Shown piece after piece: positions 25,466-38,000 of a stretch of 64,000 nt of DNA; the first letter of the stretch is position 1, and every line of letters starts with the position of its first letter. Under the pieces are notes generated by a model, which was not told where the DNA came from, ran no database searches, and saw nothing but the letters and a program-made list of their open reading frames with translations. Made by a program: the position numbers and the translations under genes. The stretch comes from Heterodontus francisci (lineage: Eukaryota). Location: the NCBI RefSeq assembly GCF_036365525.1, contig NC_090383.1:5588453-5652452 (forward strand), read 5' to 3'.

Positions 25466-25484
25466 ACTAAGACAAGGACAGAGA

Positions 25485-26640
25485 TAAAAACAAAAAAATG
25501 CTGGAAATATTCAGCAGGTCTGGCAGCATCTGTGGTAAGAGAAGGAGAGTTAACATTTCAGGTCAGTGATCTTTCATCAGAACTGGCAAAGCTTTGAAAT
25601 GTAATAGGTTTTAAGCAAATAAAACGGGGGTGGATCAAAAGATGATGAAAGGGAAGGTGTTGATAAGACAGAGGGTTACGGAGAATAGCTGACCAGAAGG
25701 TCATGCAGTAAAGGCAAATTAATGGTGTGGTGAAAGACAAAGCGTTAGTGCAGAGAGGGTGTTAAATGACAGAATAATGAACAGCCCCAGCCAAAAGCAC
25801 AAACATGAAAAAAAACAGTTGGCAGGCACGTGGTAAAAAAAAATTAATGATGAAACAAACTAAAATAAAATAAAAAATAAAAATAAAAATAAAAAGGGGG
25901 GCCAGTCATGCTCTGAAATTATTGAACTCAATGTTCAGTCCGGCAGGCTGTAGTGTGCCTAATCGGCAAATGAGATGCTGTTCCTCGAGCTTGCGCTGAT
26001 GTTCACTGGAACACTGCAGCAAGCCCAGGACAGATATGTGGGCATGCAAGCAAGGGGGGATGTGTTGAAATGGCAAGCAACAGGAAGCTCAGGGTCATGT
26101 TTGCGGATTGAGCTAAGGTGTCCGCAAAGCGGTACCCAATCTGCGTTTGGTCTTCCCAATGTAGAGGAGACCACATTGTGAGCAGCGAATACAGTATACT
26201 AAATTGAAAGAAGTACAAGTAAATCAGTGCTTCACCTGAAAGGAGTGTTTGGAGCCTTGAATAGTGAGGACAGAGGAGGTAAAAGGGCAGGGTGTTACAC
26301 CTGCCATGGGAAGGGGACAAGGTGTCGGCGGTAATGGAGGAGTGGACCATGGTGTCGCTGAGGGAATAATCCCTTCGCAATGCTGACAGGGGAGGGGAGG
26401 GGAAGATGCGTTTGGTAGAGGCATCACGCTGGACGTGGCGGAAATGGCAGAGGATGATCCTTTGGATGTGGAGGCTGGTGGGGTGGAAAGTGAGGACAAA
26501 GGGGAACCCTGTTGTGGTTCTGGAAGGGAGGGGAAGGGGTGAGGGTAGAGGTGCAGGAAATGGGCCGGACAAGGTTGAGGGCCCTGTCAACCACATTGGA
26601 GGGGAATCCTCGGTTGAGGAAAAAGGAAGATATATCAGAA
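25485..26640 (-). mobile_element. Penelope-like element remnant (GIY-YIG endonuclease region plus 3' terminal repeat)
   Basis: Minus strand, frameshifted: PFVLTFHP...FTCTSFNLVYCIRCSQCGLLYIGKTKRRL...LPVACHFN. The terminal segment carries a hammerhead-like motif at 25548-25584. Confidence 0.85.
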
Positions 26641-26904
26641 GAGAAGGAGAGAGATTTGGTTGAGGAAACATCTCACCCCGCTTATGTTTGATGTCGCCTG
26701 AGGTTCACTCGAGGGCAGCGTCAAACTTGATTTAAAACATTGGGCCTCCTGGTTACAACTTAAGTGAAAGTGTGGACATTCTTGCCCACATGTTAACATT
26801 TAACAGCCAGAAGGGGAGGTTTGTTCATGTCTTTGAGCAACTGTTTCAGTGTGCTCTCCTGGGCCATTGAAATCCAGTTGGAGCCGAACAGTATAAATAA
26901 GGAA

Positions 26905-27310
26905 CTACTCAATTTTAAAATTCTTATCCTTGTTTTCAAATCCCTCCATGGCCTTGCTCCTCCATATCTCTGTAACCTCCTCCAGTCCTACAACCCTCTG
27001 AGAAATCTGCGCTCCTCTTAATTCTGGCCTCTTGAGCATCCCCAATTTCCATCGCTCCACCACTGGCAGCTGTGCCTTCAGCTGCCAAAGCCCTAAGCTC
27101 TGGAATTCCCTTCCTAAGCCTCTCCACTTCTCTACCACTCTCTCTTCCTTTAAGCTGCTCCTTAAAACCTATTTCTTTGTTCAGGATTTTGGTCACCTGT
27201 CTTAATATCTCCTTATGTGGCTTGGTGTCAAGTTTTATTTAATAACACTCCTGTGAAGTGTCTTGGGATGGATTACTGCATTAAATTGCTATATAAATAC
27301 AAGTTGTTGT
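26905..27310 (+). mobile_element. L2 LINE 3' fragment (representative of about 11 copies)
   Basis: FKILILVFKSLHGLAPPYLCNLLQ and tail ctatataaatacaagttgttgtt. Other copies at about 3600-4190(+), 6800-7080(-), 8060-8512(+), 17685-18165(+), 19612-19925(-), 20445-20860(-), 27638-28030(-), 45920-46370(+), 56700-58100(-), 60505-61250(-). Confidence 0.85.
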
Positions 27311-28562
27311 TCCTTATCTCTGACTGGTAACTGTAGACTAAATTCTGGGGAGTAATTTGGACAAATTTCTGTTTATCTGGAACAATTCTGATTTTTCAAT
27401 CTCCATCTCACGTTTTAGAAACTGCAATATCGAATGAAAATGCAAAGTCACAGCCCTCCATCAGGGAGAATTTCTCTTCAATGCTACAGTTCACTCATTT
27501 CCTGTCACAAACAGAAAGCTTTATATAGCTGTCCGGACCCATAACCGAATGGGAAATGTTTCATTTGTAAAGAAATATGAAACATATTCACATGGTCATG
27601 AAGTTCATGCTAATCTGACTTTGAAGTAGTCATGATCAACAACAACTTCCATTTATATAACACCTTTAATATACTAAAATGTCTCACGGTGCTTCACAGG
27701 AGTGTTATCAAATAAAATTTGATGCCTCGCCACATAAGGGGATATTTGAACAGGTAATCAAAAGCTCGGTCAAAGAGGTAGGTTTTAAGGAGCATCTTAA
27801 AGGAGGATTGAGAGAGGTGGAGAGATTTAGGGAGGAAATTTTAGAGCTTACGTTCTTAGCTGCTGAAGGCATGGCTGCCAATGATGCCAATGATGAGGCC
27901 AGAATTAGAGGAGGGCAGACATCTCAGACAGTTGTAGGGCTGGAGGAGGTTACAGAGTTAGGAAGGTGCGAGGCCATGGAGGCAATTGAAACCCAGGATG
28001 AGAATTTTAAAATCGATGCATATTTAAAGAGGGGGCAAGAATCGATATGAGCAATGGTCAGCTAAGTTTCATTATTTGTCTCAGAAATTGAACCCTAAAA
28101 TACCATCATCTTATTTGGAGAGGGACGCGTGCCACTTGTGTGTATACTTTCTGGCAATTCCCCAGACTGGCATTTAAGCGTTAAAGAAACTAAGATCATA
28201 CAAATCATCCTCAATTGCAAAACTGTGTCTCTCACAAATCCTTCTTTCCACATATCCTCTTTCCAACTGGTACTGTTATCTGAAAGAGAAAGGGGATCTT
28301 CTAAACTCAGTAACTTCCTCCAAACTTGAACCAAATAAAGAACTTCCTTCCTTTTGTTTCATTCTGCTCAACTATTATGACTAATATCAAGTTTCATCCC
28401 ACCCTGCATCCCACTTTCTGCACCAGTCAGAAAGCATGGAAACATATTTATAGATGCCTCCACAATTACCTGAAAATGTAATTGATTCATTTATTAAGTA
28501 TTCTGAGTACTGTGCACAGTTATAATCTCAATATTACAGAAAGGATGTAGAGGCACTGGAGA

Positions 28563-28856
28563 AGGGCAGCTCAGTGGCGCAGTGGTTAGCACCGCAGCCT
28601 CACAGCTCCAGGGTTCAATTCTGGGTACTGCCTGTGCGGAGTTTGCAAGTTCTCCCTGTGACCGTGTGGGATTTCGCCGGGTGCTCCGATTACCTCCCAC
28701 CGCCAAAGACTTGCAGGTGATTGACCATTGTAAATTGCCCCGAGTGTAGGTAGGTGGTAGGGAAAATGGGATTACTGTAGGGTTACTATAAATGGGTGGT
28801 TGTTGGTCGGCACAGACTCGGTGGGCCGAAGGGCCTGTTTCAGTGCTGTATCTCTA
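28563..28856 (+). mobile_element. V-SINE copy
   Basis: Same family, inserted in a CR1 fragment. Confidence 0.88.
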
Positions 28857-28879
28857 AAAAAGAAAAATAAATAAGGTTC

Positions 28880-29280
28880 TAACAAACAGGAAAGCTCAAA
28901 TAGGCTGCGGCTCTTTTCTATAGAAAAGGGAAGACTGAGGGGTAATCTTATAGTTTGACAGGATAGACAGAAAGAAAATGTTTCCACTTGTGGGGGAGAC
29001 CAGAACGAGCAATCATGAATATAAGATAGTCACTAATATATCCAATAGGGAATTTAGGAAAAACTTCTTTACCTGGACAGTGGTGAGAATGTGGAACTCC
29101 CTACACCAGGGAGTAGTTAAGGCGAATAACGTAGATGCATTAGATACATTTAGGGGAAGCTAAATAAGCACATGAGGGAGAAAGGAATAGAAGGATATGC
29201 AGATAGGATTAGATGAAGAGGAGTGGGAGGAGGCTCGTGTGCAGCATAAACACTGGCATGGACAGGGTGGTCCGTATATT
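28880..29280 (+). mobile_element. CR1 3' fragment
   Basis: FPLVGETRT...FRKNFFT..VVRMWNSL. Confidence 0.7.
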
Positions 29281-30147
29281 CCAGGTGTCGGAGGTTGTGG
29301 GTTTGGAAGGTGCTGTTGAAGGAGGCTTGGCGAGTTGCTGCAGTGCATCTTGTAGATGGTACACACTGCTGCCACTGTGCGTTTGCTGGTGGTGGAAGGA
29401 GTGACTGTTTAATTTGATGGATGGGGTGCCGATCAAGCGGGCTGCTTGAGCCTAGATGGTGTTGAGCTTCTTGACTGTTGTTGGAGCTGGACTGACCCAG
29501 GCAAGTGGAGAATATTCCATCATACTCCTGACTTGTGCCTGGTAGATGGTGGGCAGGCTTTGGGGAACCAGGAGGTGAGTTACTCTCCAGAGAATTTCCA
29601 GTCTCTGACCTGTAGTCACAGTATTTATTTGGCAGGACCAGTTAAGTCAATGGTAACCCACAGGATGTTTTTGGCAGAATGCCAATCCCATTGAATGTCA
29701 AGGGGAGATGGTAAGAATGGCAGACACATCTGTCCATCACAGCATCAGTAGGAGTGATCACTGCATAGTCCTTGTGGAGATGAAGTCCCATCTTCAAATG
29801 GAGGACATCCTCCCTGCTAAATAGGATAAACTCAGAACAGGTCTAACAGCTCAAAACTGGGCATCCATGGGACGCTGTTCCATATTCCACCACAAATATG
29901 TAACCTCATGGCTTCCATTTACCATTGCCCAACCCTGGTTCAGTGAAGAATGTAGCAGATCATGCCAAGAGCAGCACCAGGCATACCTGTAGGCCAGAGC
30001 AAGTAAAGACCTCAAATTTCCTTCGCTAAAGGATTTTGGTGAATCAGATGGGTTTTTAACCACAATCTGGTGGCTTCATACCACTATTACTGATATTAGC
30101 TACTTTATTCCAAATTTATTTAATTAACTGGTGGGATTTGAACTCAA

Positions 30148-30896
30148 GGCTACAATTTTATGTTGGGCGAGAGGCCCCGCCCACAGGCTGAAAAGTTTGG
30201 GGAGCCACACCGGGATTTTTCGCTCCCAAGGCCCTTAATTGGCCATGGGTGGGACTTCCACCTCCTTGAGGCAGGAAGTCCCACCTAATGGAGCTGCCAG
30301 CCAATGAGCGGGCCAGCAGCTCTTAGTCCCAACAGCATCACTGGGAGCGGTGGCCACTACTGGGACTGCACCTAGCCATCGGAAGCAAGAGGGACAAAGC
30401 CCCCAAAGAATGGTACATTTTTGGGCCCTCGCCGGGGACAATCGGTCGGGCCCTTGCGAAGCATGGGGAGGGGGTGGGGGGGGGGGAGTGTTGTGCGCTG
30501 GGGGCAGTTGGGGCTTTGTGGGCAGCTCTCCGTGGGGCACAGGCTGCCCGTTCAGGAGGCCCCCTCACTCCCCACCCCCCCACGCCCAGCCCACAAGAAG
30601 GCCGCCAGATTTTAACTGCTGGAGTTCTTGGTGCCTTTGATGTCTAGCCACCGCGGGTAAAATACCAACGACAGTGGGAGGACGCCTTTAAGTGCCAGTT
30701 AATAGGCCACTTGAGGGCCTTGATTGGCCTGGGGCAAGCAGGCTTTTTCTTGCCGCTGCTGCCCTGCGGAAAATTGCAGTGGGGGTGGGAAGGCATTGGG
30801 AACAGCCCCTTCTCCCCCTCTGCCTCCCACTCAATTTTATGCCCCACCCTCCGCCATCAGCCCACTCGTTGGGGAGAGCAGTAAAATTCTGGCCCA
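30148..30896. mobile_element. GC-rich non-autonomous element (Harbinger/Tourist-like MITE) nested in a SINE
   Basis: Ends ggctacaatttta ... taaaattctggccc. Splits the host sequence gggatttgaactca / tgtttctggaacattagtccagg. Confidence 0.65.
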
Positions 30897-33800
30897 TGTT
30901 TCTGGAACATTAGTCCAGGCCTCTGGATTACTAGTTCAGTAATATAATCATTGTGCTACTGCACCCTTTTATCAACATTGATGCACAGCCTGCTATTTCT
31001 ACGTCCAGATATGCTCTGGTGATATCAGACCACAGAAAGTCATTCGGCACGTCACTGACCATCATCCAGGAAGCAGTTGTAATACCTTGATTATGAAAAG
31101 TCCACAAGTGAAGAAACATTAGCAGATGGTTAGGAACATCGGAATATAGGAGCAGGAGTAGGCCATTCAGCCCATCAAGCCCATTCTGCCATTCAACTAG
31201 ATCATGGCTGATCATCCACCTCAATGCCACTTTCTCACGCTGCCATATCTTCTTGGAAGAACAGGACCAACCTTTAAATTAATTTCTGTTTTCACTAACA
31301 GCAGAATTGCGTGTTGAGCTGGAAGCATGTGTAACTGGTGTCAGCCTCAGTTCAGGGGTAGCACGCTGAGTCAGAAGGTTATAGGTTCAAGTCCCATAAC
31401 ACTATTCAGAGAACAGCAGGGCCATTCTCCCTGGTTTCCTTTCACCAATTTATCTCCCACCAACATCACATGTGTAAGTAATTTCCCTCAACCAACATCT
31501 GTTAATATAACAGAATATCTGGCCATTATCATATTGCTGTTTGTGGGAGCTTGCTGTGTGCAAATATATTGCTGTGTTTCCTACATTGCAACAGTATTTA
31601 ATTGGCTGTAAAGCACTTTGGGACATGCTGAGGTCATGAAAGGCACTACATAAATGCAAGTCTTTTTTTTTCTTTATCTGTTCCACATCTACTATCTCCA
31701 TCTGTGGGAAAAGTGTGCCATTCTGGAACGCACTGCCTGAAAGGATGGTGGGAGCAGATTCAACAGTAGCATTCCAAAGAGAATTGAAGGGAAAAAAATT
31801 GCAGGGCTATGGGAAAAAAGCAAAATATTGCGACTAAATAGATAGCTCTATCAAAGAGCCAGCTCAGGCACAACAGGCAACCTTGTGTTCTGTATAATTC
31901 TATGATTCTGAAACAGTGCCTATGAAGTGGGGAATACAATACTTGAAATGGTTCCTCCCAGAAGGTTCGGAACCCAAATTGGGTTTAAGCTTGATGTGAC
32001 CCATAAGAAATATAAGGAGTTCATCTTTATTTTTTAACAGTTAAAAAATGAACTCAGTGAGTGGAAAAGAAATGTAAAATATAATTGCTGCTTTAGAATA
32101 ACTAATAAACCATGTTTAATTTCCACAAGATATGTCTTTATTCAACATTTATTGTGTGCCATTTGGCACACTGTACAAAGTACTGTAAGACCTGGTACTC
32201 TGTGTTACTAAAGAGTCACCAGTTATCCAACTTGTGGTATTGTCCTTACGTCAATGCCTGCTAATTCCATACAAAAGAGATGACTACCAGAAGAAACTGA
32301 TATTTCTCTTTTAATCAACTAGCACATAACAGAATTTTTGAAATCTGGTTGTGACTTGCTGTAGTTTCCCTGAGCTGTGAAACTGTACTATTTAGGTGCC
32401 ACTTCCTATGACACCCATGAATATTCATGTGCTGGATTATCAACCTTTGGTGTGGAGTAATGCAACACGATTCCGTCAGCCACTTCCTTCTTCACTTTAA
32501 GATTGGAGGGCAAATGACAGCGGAATTGTCTCCTCCTGAATATGAAAGAGAAATCCTTTCTACTGGCACCCATAGTTTCCTCAAACACGTTCTCTTATTT
32601 TTTCCCCCAACGATTATGTTTGAGGCTACAGAAAATGCTTGCCGCCATTGGCTTTGATCAAATACCTTGGCTTCAGATCAAGAGAATAACTTCCTTCAAT
32701 GCAGGAAATATGAAACCCCTTAGTGATGCTGCTCCAAACTTTAACACACCCCCAGGAAAAACAAATGATTGTTATATGCCTCAAATGTTAGACATCCAAC
32801 TCAAACTTTTCTTTTTATGCAAATAAATACAGTCTACAAGGGTGATTCTGCAATCCGCTGTTTCTTTCAGTGAGGCACCTTCACAGGGTTCACAGGTAAA
32901 TGGAAGGTCAGGGGCTACAGTGTAGTGGCCCAGTCTCCAAACTGCATTGCTTGTCCGTTTGCAGTGTAGGATTTGCAAAATCGCACCTTGTATGCAGCCA
33001 GTGTGGCAAAAGCAGAAAATGCCAGCAATGCACAGTTGGTGAGTCCACATGTGAAAAAGAGTTAAGGTTTTGGGTGGGCACTTTCATTGTAACAGGTTAT
33101 TGGTTCGTACTGTAATATTCTGATAATGTTCTGGTGTGCTAGTCATATTTGTGAATAAAGTGAATATATGAATTATTAATGTTGGTTGAAAAAAATATCA
33201 ATATTTAAAGATAAATCTTTCACCTGAGAACATTATTTCCCCCCCATCTTCTCTTTGGATCCCCTCAGATTGGTTAAATTCTGCACTTCAGTGGATAGCA
33301 TGTATATGCAAGTTACCTGACATTACCAGATTGATATCAGAGCTGAGAGGTTATACCGGTCATAAAAGATTGAACAGGCTGGGGCCCTTTTCTCTAGAAA
33401 TCTAAATTCTACAATAAAATTGGAGATATATGGTAAGAGTGATGCTCAGATCAAACAACGAATTTCAAAATGGTCTAAGTTTGATCATTTTGGGGTTTCT
33501 TTGTACGAATTCCAAATTTTGGACAAATCCAACCATTTTGAGTAAGTTTACAAATTATTAATTCATATATGTAGACACATAAAGGTCTCTCCAGGTTTTT
33601 ATTACCCTGCCATGTGGCATTATTAAGGGCAATCTAATAGAGACCATTGAATTCATTGCATTCAACCTGTAGTATTTTGGAAGGGAGAAGGATGTAACCG
33701 TATGGTAAGGATGATTTGGATTGTCAAGGATGGAAAGTCTCCAGCAGCCGTATAATGAACTTGCATTCATCAGACTTGTGTGATACAACTCAAAGTGGAG

Positions 33801-35072
33801 GTGGATTAAAGGTTCATGGTTTCATCTCCTAGCTTGCCTACATGAATAAGCTCAAAGCCAAATTTCACCAAATCTCAAAGAAAATTGAATTTTCATAACT
33901 CTTCAGCCTTTTAAACAGTTATACATTGTAATTAATAAGAGATGTGCTAATGACTAGTTTAAAATCAGATCCATTAGTAACATACAACAAGGACTAACTT
34001 TTAGAAACAAAATGAATTACAAGTACAAATTTTAAATATACCATTTCAATAATTTTGAAATAGGATATGTTTACTATTGGCCAGAGGCACTATACTTTCA
34101 ATTAAAACGACTATGGGATACACTTTTCTGATAATGGGTGCACTGGATCGCCTAGTGCAATGAATACAGAAAAATTGGGTTGGGAGGAATGCATACTTGT
34201 AAGCAAGTCCATCTGATTTTCTAGCCAGTAATTTAATTTTACTCACTTTACCCTGAGGATTCAAGACGTAGAACCAGGAAAATCTACCCCTTTTTACATA
34301 TGAGTCAAAATTAAGACTATTAATTCAAGTGCAACTGACTTGTATGTTATAAATTGATAATTGTCACTCATTTCACAAATAACCTTGCAGAAAATCAGAC
34401 TTATGATGAAAGCCACATGAAAAGAGTGACATGACACTTGTACTGTGCTGTATTACAAGTGCACCCTCTAGTGTCGTTCCCTGACCTGATGAAAGCCTAG
34501 TGTCCCATCTATGTATACACCAATGATGTATTGCACCAAGCAGGTAAAATAAACCTCGTGTTTTACCACATATGTTCTCATAACTCTCTGTATTTGTCGC
34601 ATTATTTAAGGTGCTCATTGGCAACTTACATGTTGCAAATTAAAAATAAATGCAGCATTTCCTTTCATTGTTTTGAGGAAGGCAGCTGCAGTATGAGAAA
34701 TATTTCCCAAAACTGATCAATTACAGTCTTCATTCAACAATTTTCAATAACTAGTGTAATTTAACCCCTAGTGATCAACAAGGTAGATCATTCAATGTGA
34801 TTACTTGACTGTATTAACTCAGGTTTGGCTGAATCCTGAGAAAGAAGCAAGGACATCTTGACATTTTAAGTATAATCAACCTGGGATTGTCCAATTCACA
34901 ATTCCGAGGAAGCTGGTATGTTGAGGGGATGGGAGGGTTACAGAACATTAATGTTAAGGAGAATTCAGGCCTCATAACTTTTATTTTCTGTCTCCTAAGA
35001 CAGATGAGTAAGATTTCAAATCTATTTCAAATACCTATTTCAAATTTCAATTACTTCGCATCCACTTTTCAT

Positions 35073-38000
35073 TAGAACATTACAGCGCAGTACAGGCCCT
35101 TCGGCCCTCGATGTTGCGCCGACCTGTGAAACCATCTGACCTACACTATTCCATTTTCATCCATGTGTCTATCCAATGTCCACTTAAATGCCCTTAAAGT
35201 TGGCGAATCTACTACTGCTGCAGGCAGGGCGTTCCACGCCCTTACTACTCTCTGAGTAAAGAAACTACCTCTGACATCTGTCCTATATCTATCACCCCTC
35301 AACTTGAAGCTATGTCCCCTCGTGTTTGCCATCACCATCAGTGGAAAAAGACGCTCACTATCCACCCTATCTAACCCTCTGATTATCTTATATGTCTCTA
35401 TTAAGTCACCTCTCCTCCTCCTTCTCTCCAACGAAAACAACCTCAAGTCCCTCAGCCTTTCCTCGTAAGACCTTCCCTCCATACCAGGCAACATCCTAGT
35501 AAATCTCCTCTGCACCCTTTCCATAGCTTCCACATCCTTCCTATAATGCGGTGACCAGAACTGCACGCAATACTCCAGGTGCGGTCTCACCAGAGTTTTG
35601 TACAGCTGCAGCATGACCTCGTGGCTCCGAAACTCGACCCCCCTACTAATAAAAGCTAATACACCATATGCCTTCTTAACAGCCCTATTAACCTGGTTAG
35701 CAACCTTCAGGGATTTATGCACCTGGACACCAAGATCTCTCTGTTCATCTACACTACCAAGAATCTTCCCATTAGCCCAGTACTCTGCATTCCTGTTACT
35801 CCTTCCTAAGTGAATCACCTCACACTTTTCCGAATTAAACTCCATTTGCCATCTCTCAGCCCAGCTCTGCAGCCTATCTATGTCTCTCTGTACCCTACAA
35901 CATCCTTCGGCACTATCCACAACTCCACCGACCTTAGTGTCATCTGCAAATTTACTAACCCACCCTTCTACACCCTCTTCCAGGTCATTTATAAAAATGA
36001 CAAACAGCAGTGGCCCCAAAACAGATCCTTGCGGTACACCACTAGTAACTAAACTCCAGGATGAACATTTGCCATCAACCACCACCCTCTGTCTTCTTTC
36101 AGCTAGCCAATTTCTGATCCAAAGCTCTAAATCACCTTCAACCCCATACTTCCGTATTTTCTGCAATAGCCTACCGTGGGGAACCTTATCAAACGCCTTA
36201 CTGAAATCCATATACACCACATCCACTGCTTTACCCTCATCCACCTGTTTGGTCACCTTCTCGAAAAACTCAATAAGGTTTGTGAGGCACGACCTACCCG
36301 TCACAAAACCGTGCTGACTATCTCTAATGTACTTATTCTTTTCAAGATGATTATAAATCCTGTCTCTTATAACCTTTTCCAACATTTTACCCACAACCGA
36401 AGTAAGGCTCACAGGTCTATAATTACCAGGGCTGTCTCTACTCCCCTTCTCGAACAAGGGGACAACATTTGCAATCCTCCAGTCTTCCGGCACTATTCCT
36501 GTCGACAATGACGACATAAAGATCAAGGACAAAGGCTCTGCAATCTCCTCCCTAGCTTCCCAGAGAATCCTAGGATAAATCCCATCTGGCCCAGGGGACT
36601 TATCTATTTTCACACTTTCCAAAATTGCTAACACCTCCTCCTTGTGAACCTCAATCCCATCTAGCCTCGTAGCCTGAATCTCAGTATTCTCAACAACATT
36701 TTCTTTCTCTACTGTAAATACTGACGCAAAATATTCATTTAACACTTCCCCTATCTCCTCTGATTCCACACACAACTTCCCACTACTATCCTTGATTGGC
36801 CCTAATCTAACTCTAGTCATTCTTTTATTCCTGATATACCTATAGAAAGCCTTAGGGTTTTCCCTGATCCGATCCACCAATGACTTCTCGTGTCCTCTCC
36901 TTGCTCTTCTTAGCTCTCCCTTTAGATCCTTCCTGGCTAGCTTGTAGCTCTCAAGCGCCCTAACTGAGCCTTCACGTCTCATCCTAACATAAGCCTTCTT
37001 CTTCCTCTTGACAAGCGCTTCAACTTCTTTAGTAAACCACGGCTCCCTCGCACGACAACTTCCTCCCTGCCTCACAGGTACATACTTATCAAGGACACGC
37101 AGTAGCTGCTCCTTGAATAAGCTCCACATTTCGATTGTTCCCATCCCCTGCAGTTTCCTTCCCCATCCTACGCATCCTAAATCTTGCCTAATCGCATCAT
37201 AATTTCCTTTCCCCCAGTTATAATTCTTGCCCTGCGGTATATACCTGTCCCTGCCCATCGCTAAGGTAAACCTAACCGAATTGTGATCACTATCACCAAA
37301 GTGCTCACCTACATCTAAATCTAACACCTGGCCGGGTTCATTTCCCAGTACCAAATCCAATGTGGCATCGCCCCTGGTTGGCCTGTCTACATACTGTGTC
37401 AGAAAACCCTCCTGCACACACTGGACAAAAACTGACCCATCTAAAGTACTCGAACTATAGTATTTCCAGTCGATATTTGGAAAGTTAAAGTCCCCCATAA
37501 CAACTACCCTGTTACTCTCACCCCTGTCGAGAATCATCTTCGCTATCCTTTCCTCTACATCTCTGGAACTATTCGGAGGTCTATAAAAGACTCCCAACAG
37601 GGTAACCTCACCTCTCCTGTTTCTAACCTCAGCCCATACTACCTCAGTAGACGAGTCCTCAAACGTCCTTTCTGTCGCTGTAATACTCTCCTTGATTAAC
37701 AATGCCACACCCCCCCCTCTTTTACCATCTTCTCTGTTCTTACTGAAACATCTAAATCCCGGAATCTGCAACATCCATTCCTGCCCCTGCTCTACCCATG
37801 TCTCCGAAATGGCCACTACATCGAGATCCCAGGTACCAACCCATGCTGCAAGCTCACCCACCTTATTCCGGATGCTCCTGGCGTTGAAATAGACACACTT
37901 TAAACCAGGTTCTTGCTTGCCAGTGCCCTCTTGCGTCCTTGTAACCATATCCGACCTCACTACTCTCAACATCCTGTACACTGGCACTACAATTTAGGTT

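Noticed and set aside
26003-26671. 222-aa ORF as a host gene
   Set aside because: Frameshifted mosaic of the Penelope remnant.
35598-37892. Plus-strand ORFs inside the CR1
   Set aside because: Antisense shadows of ORF2.
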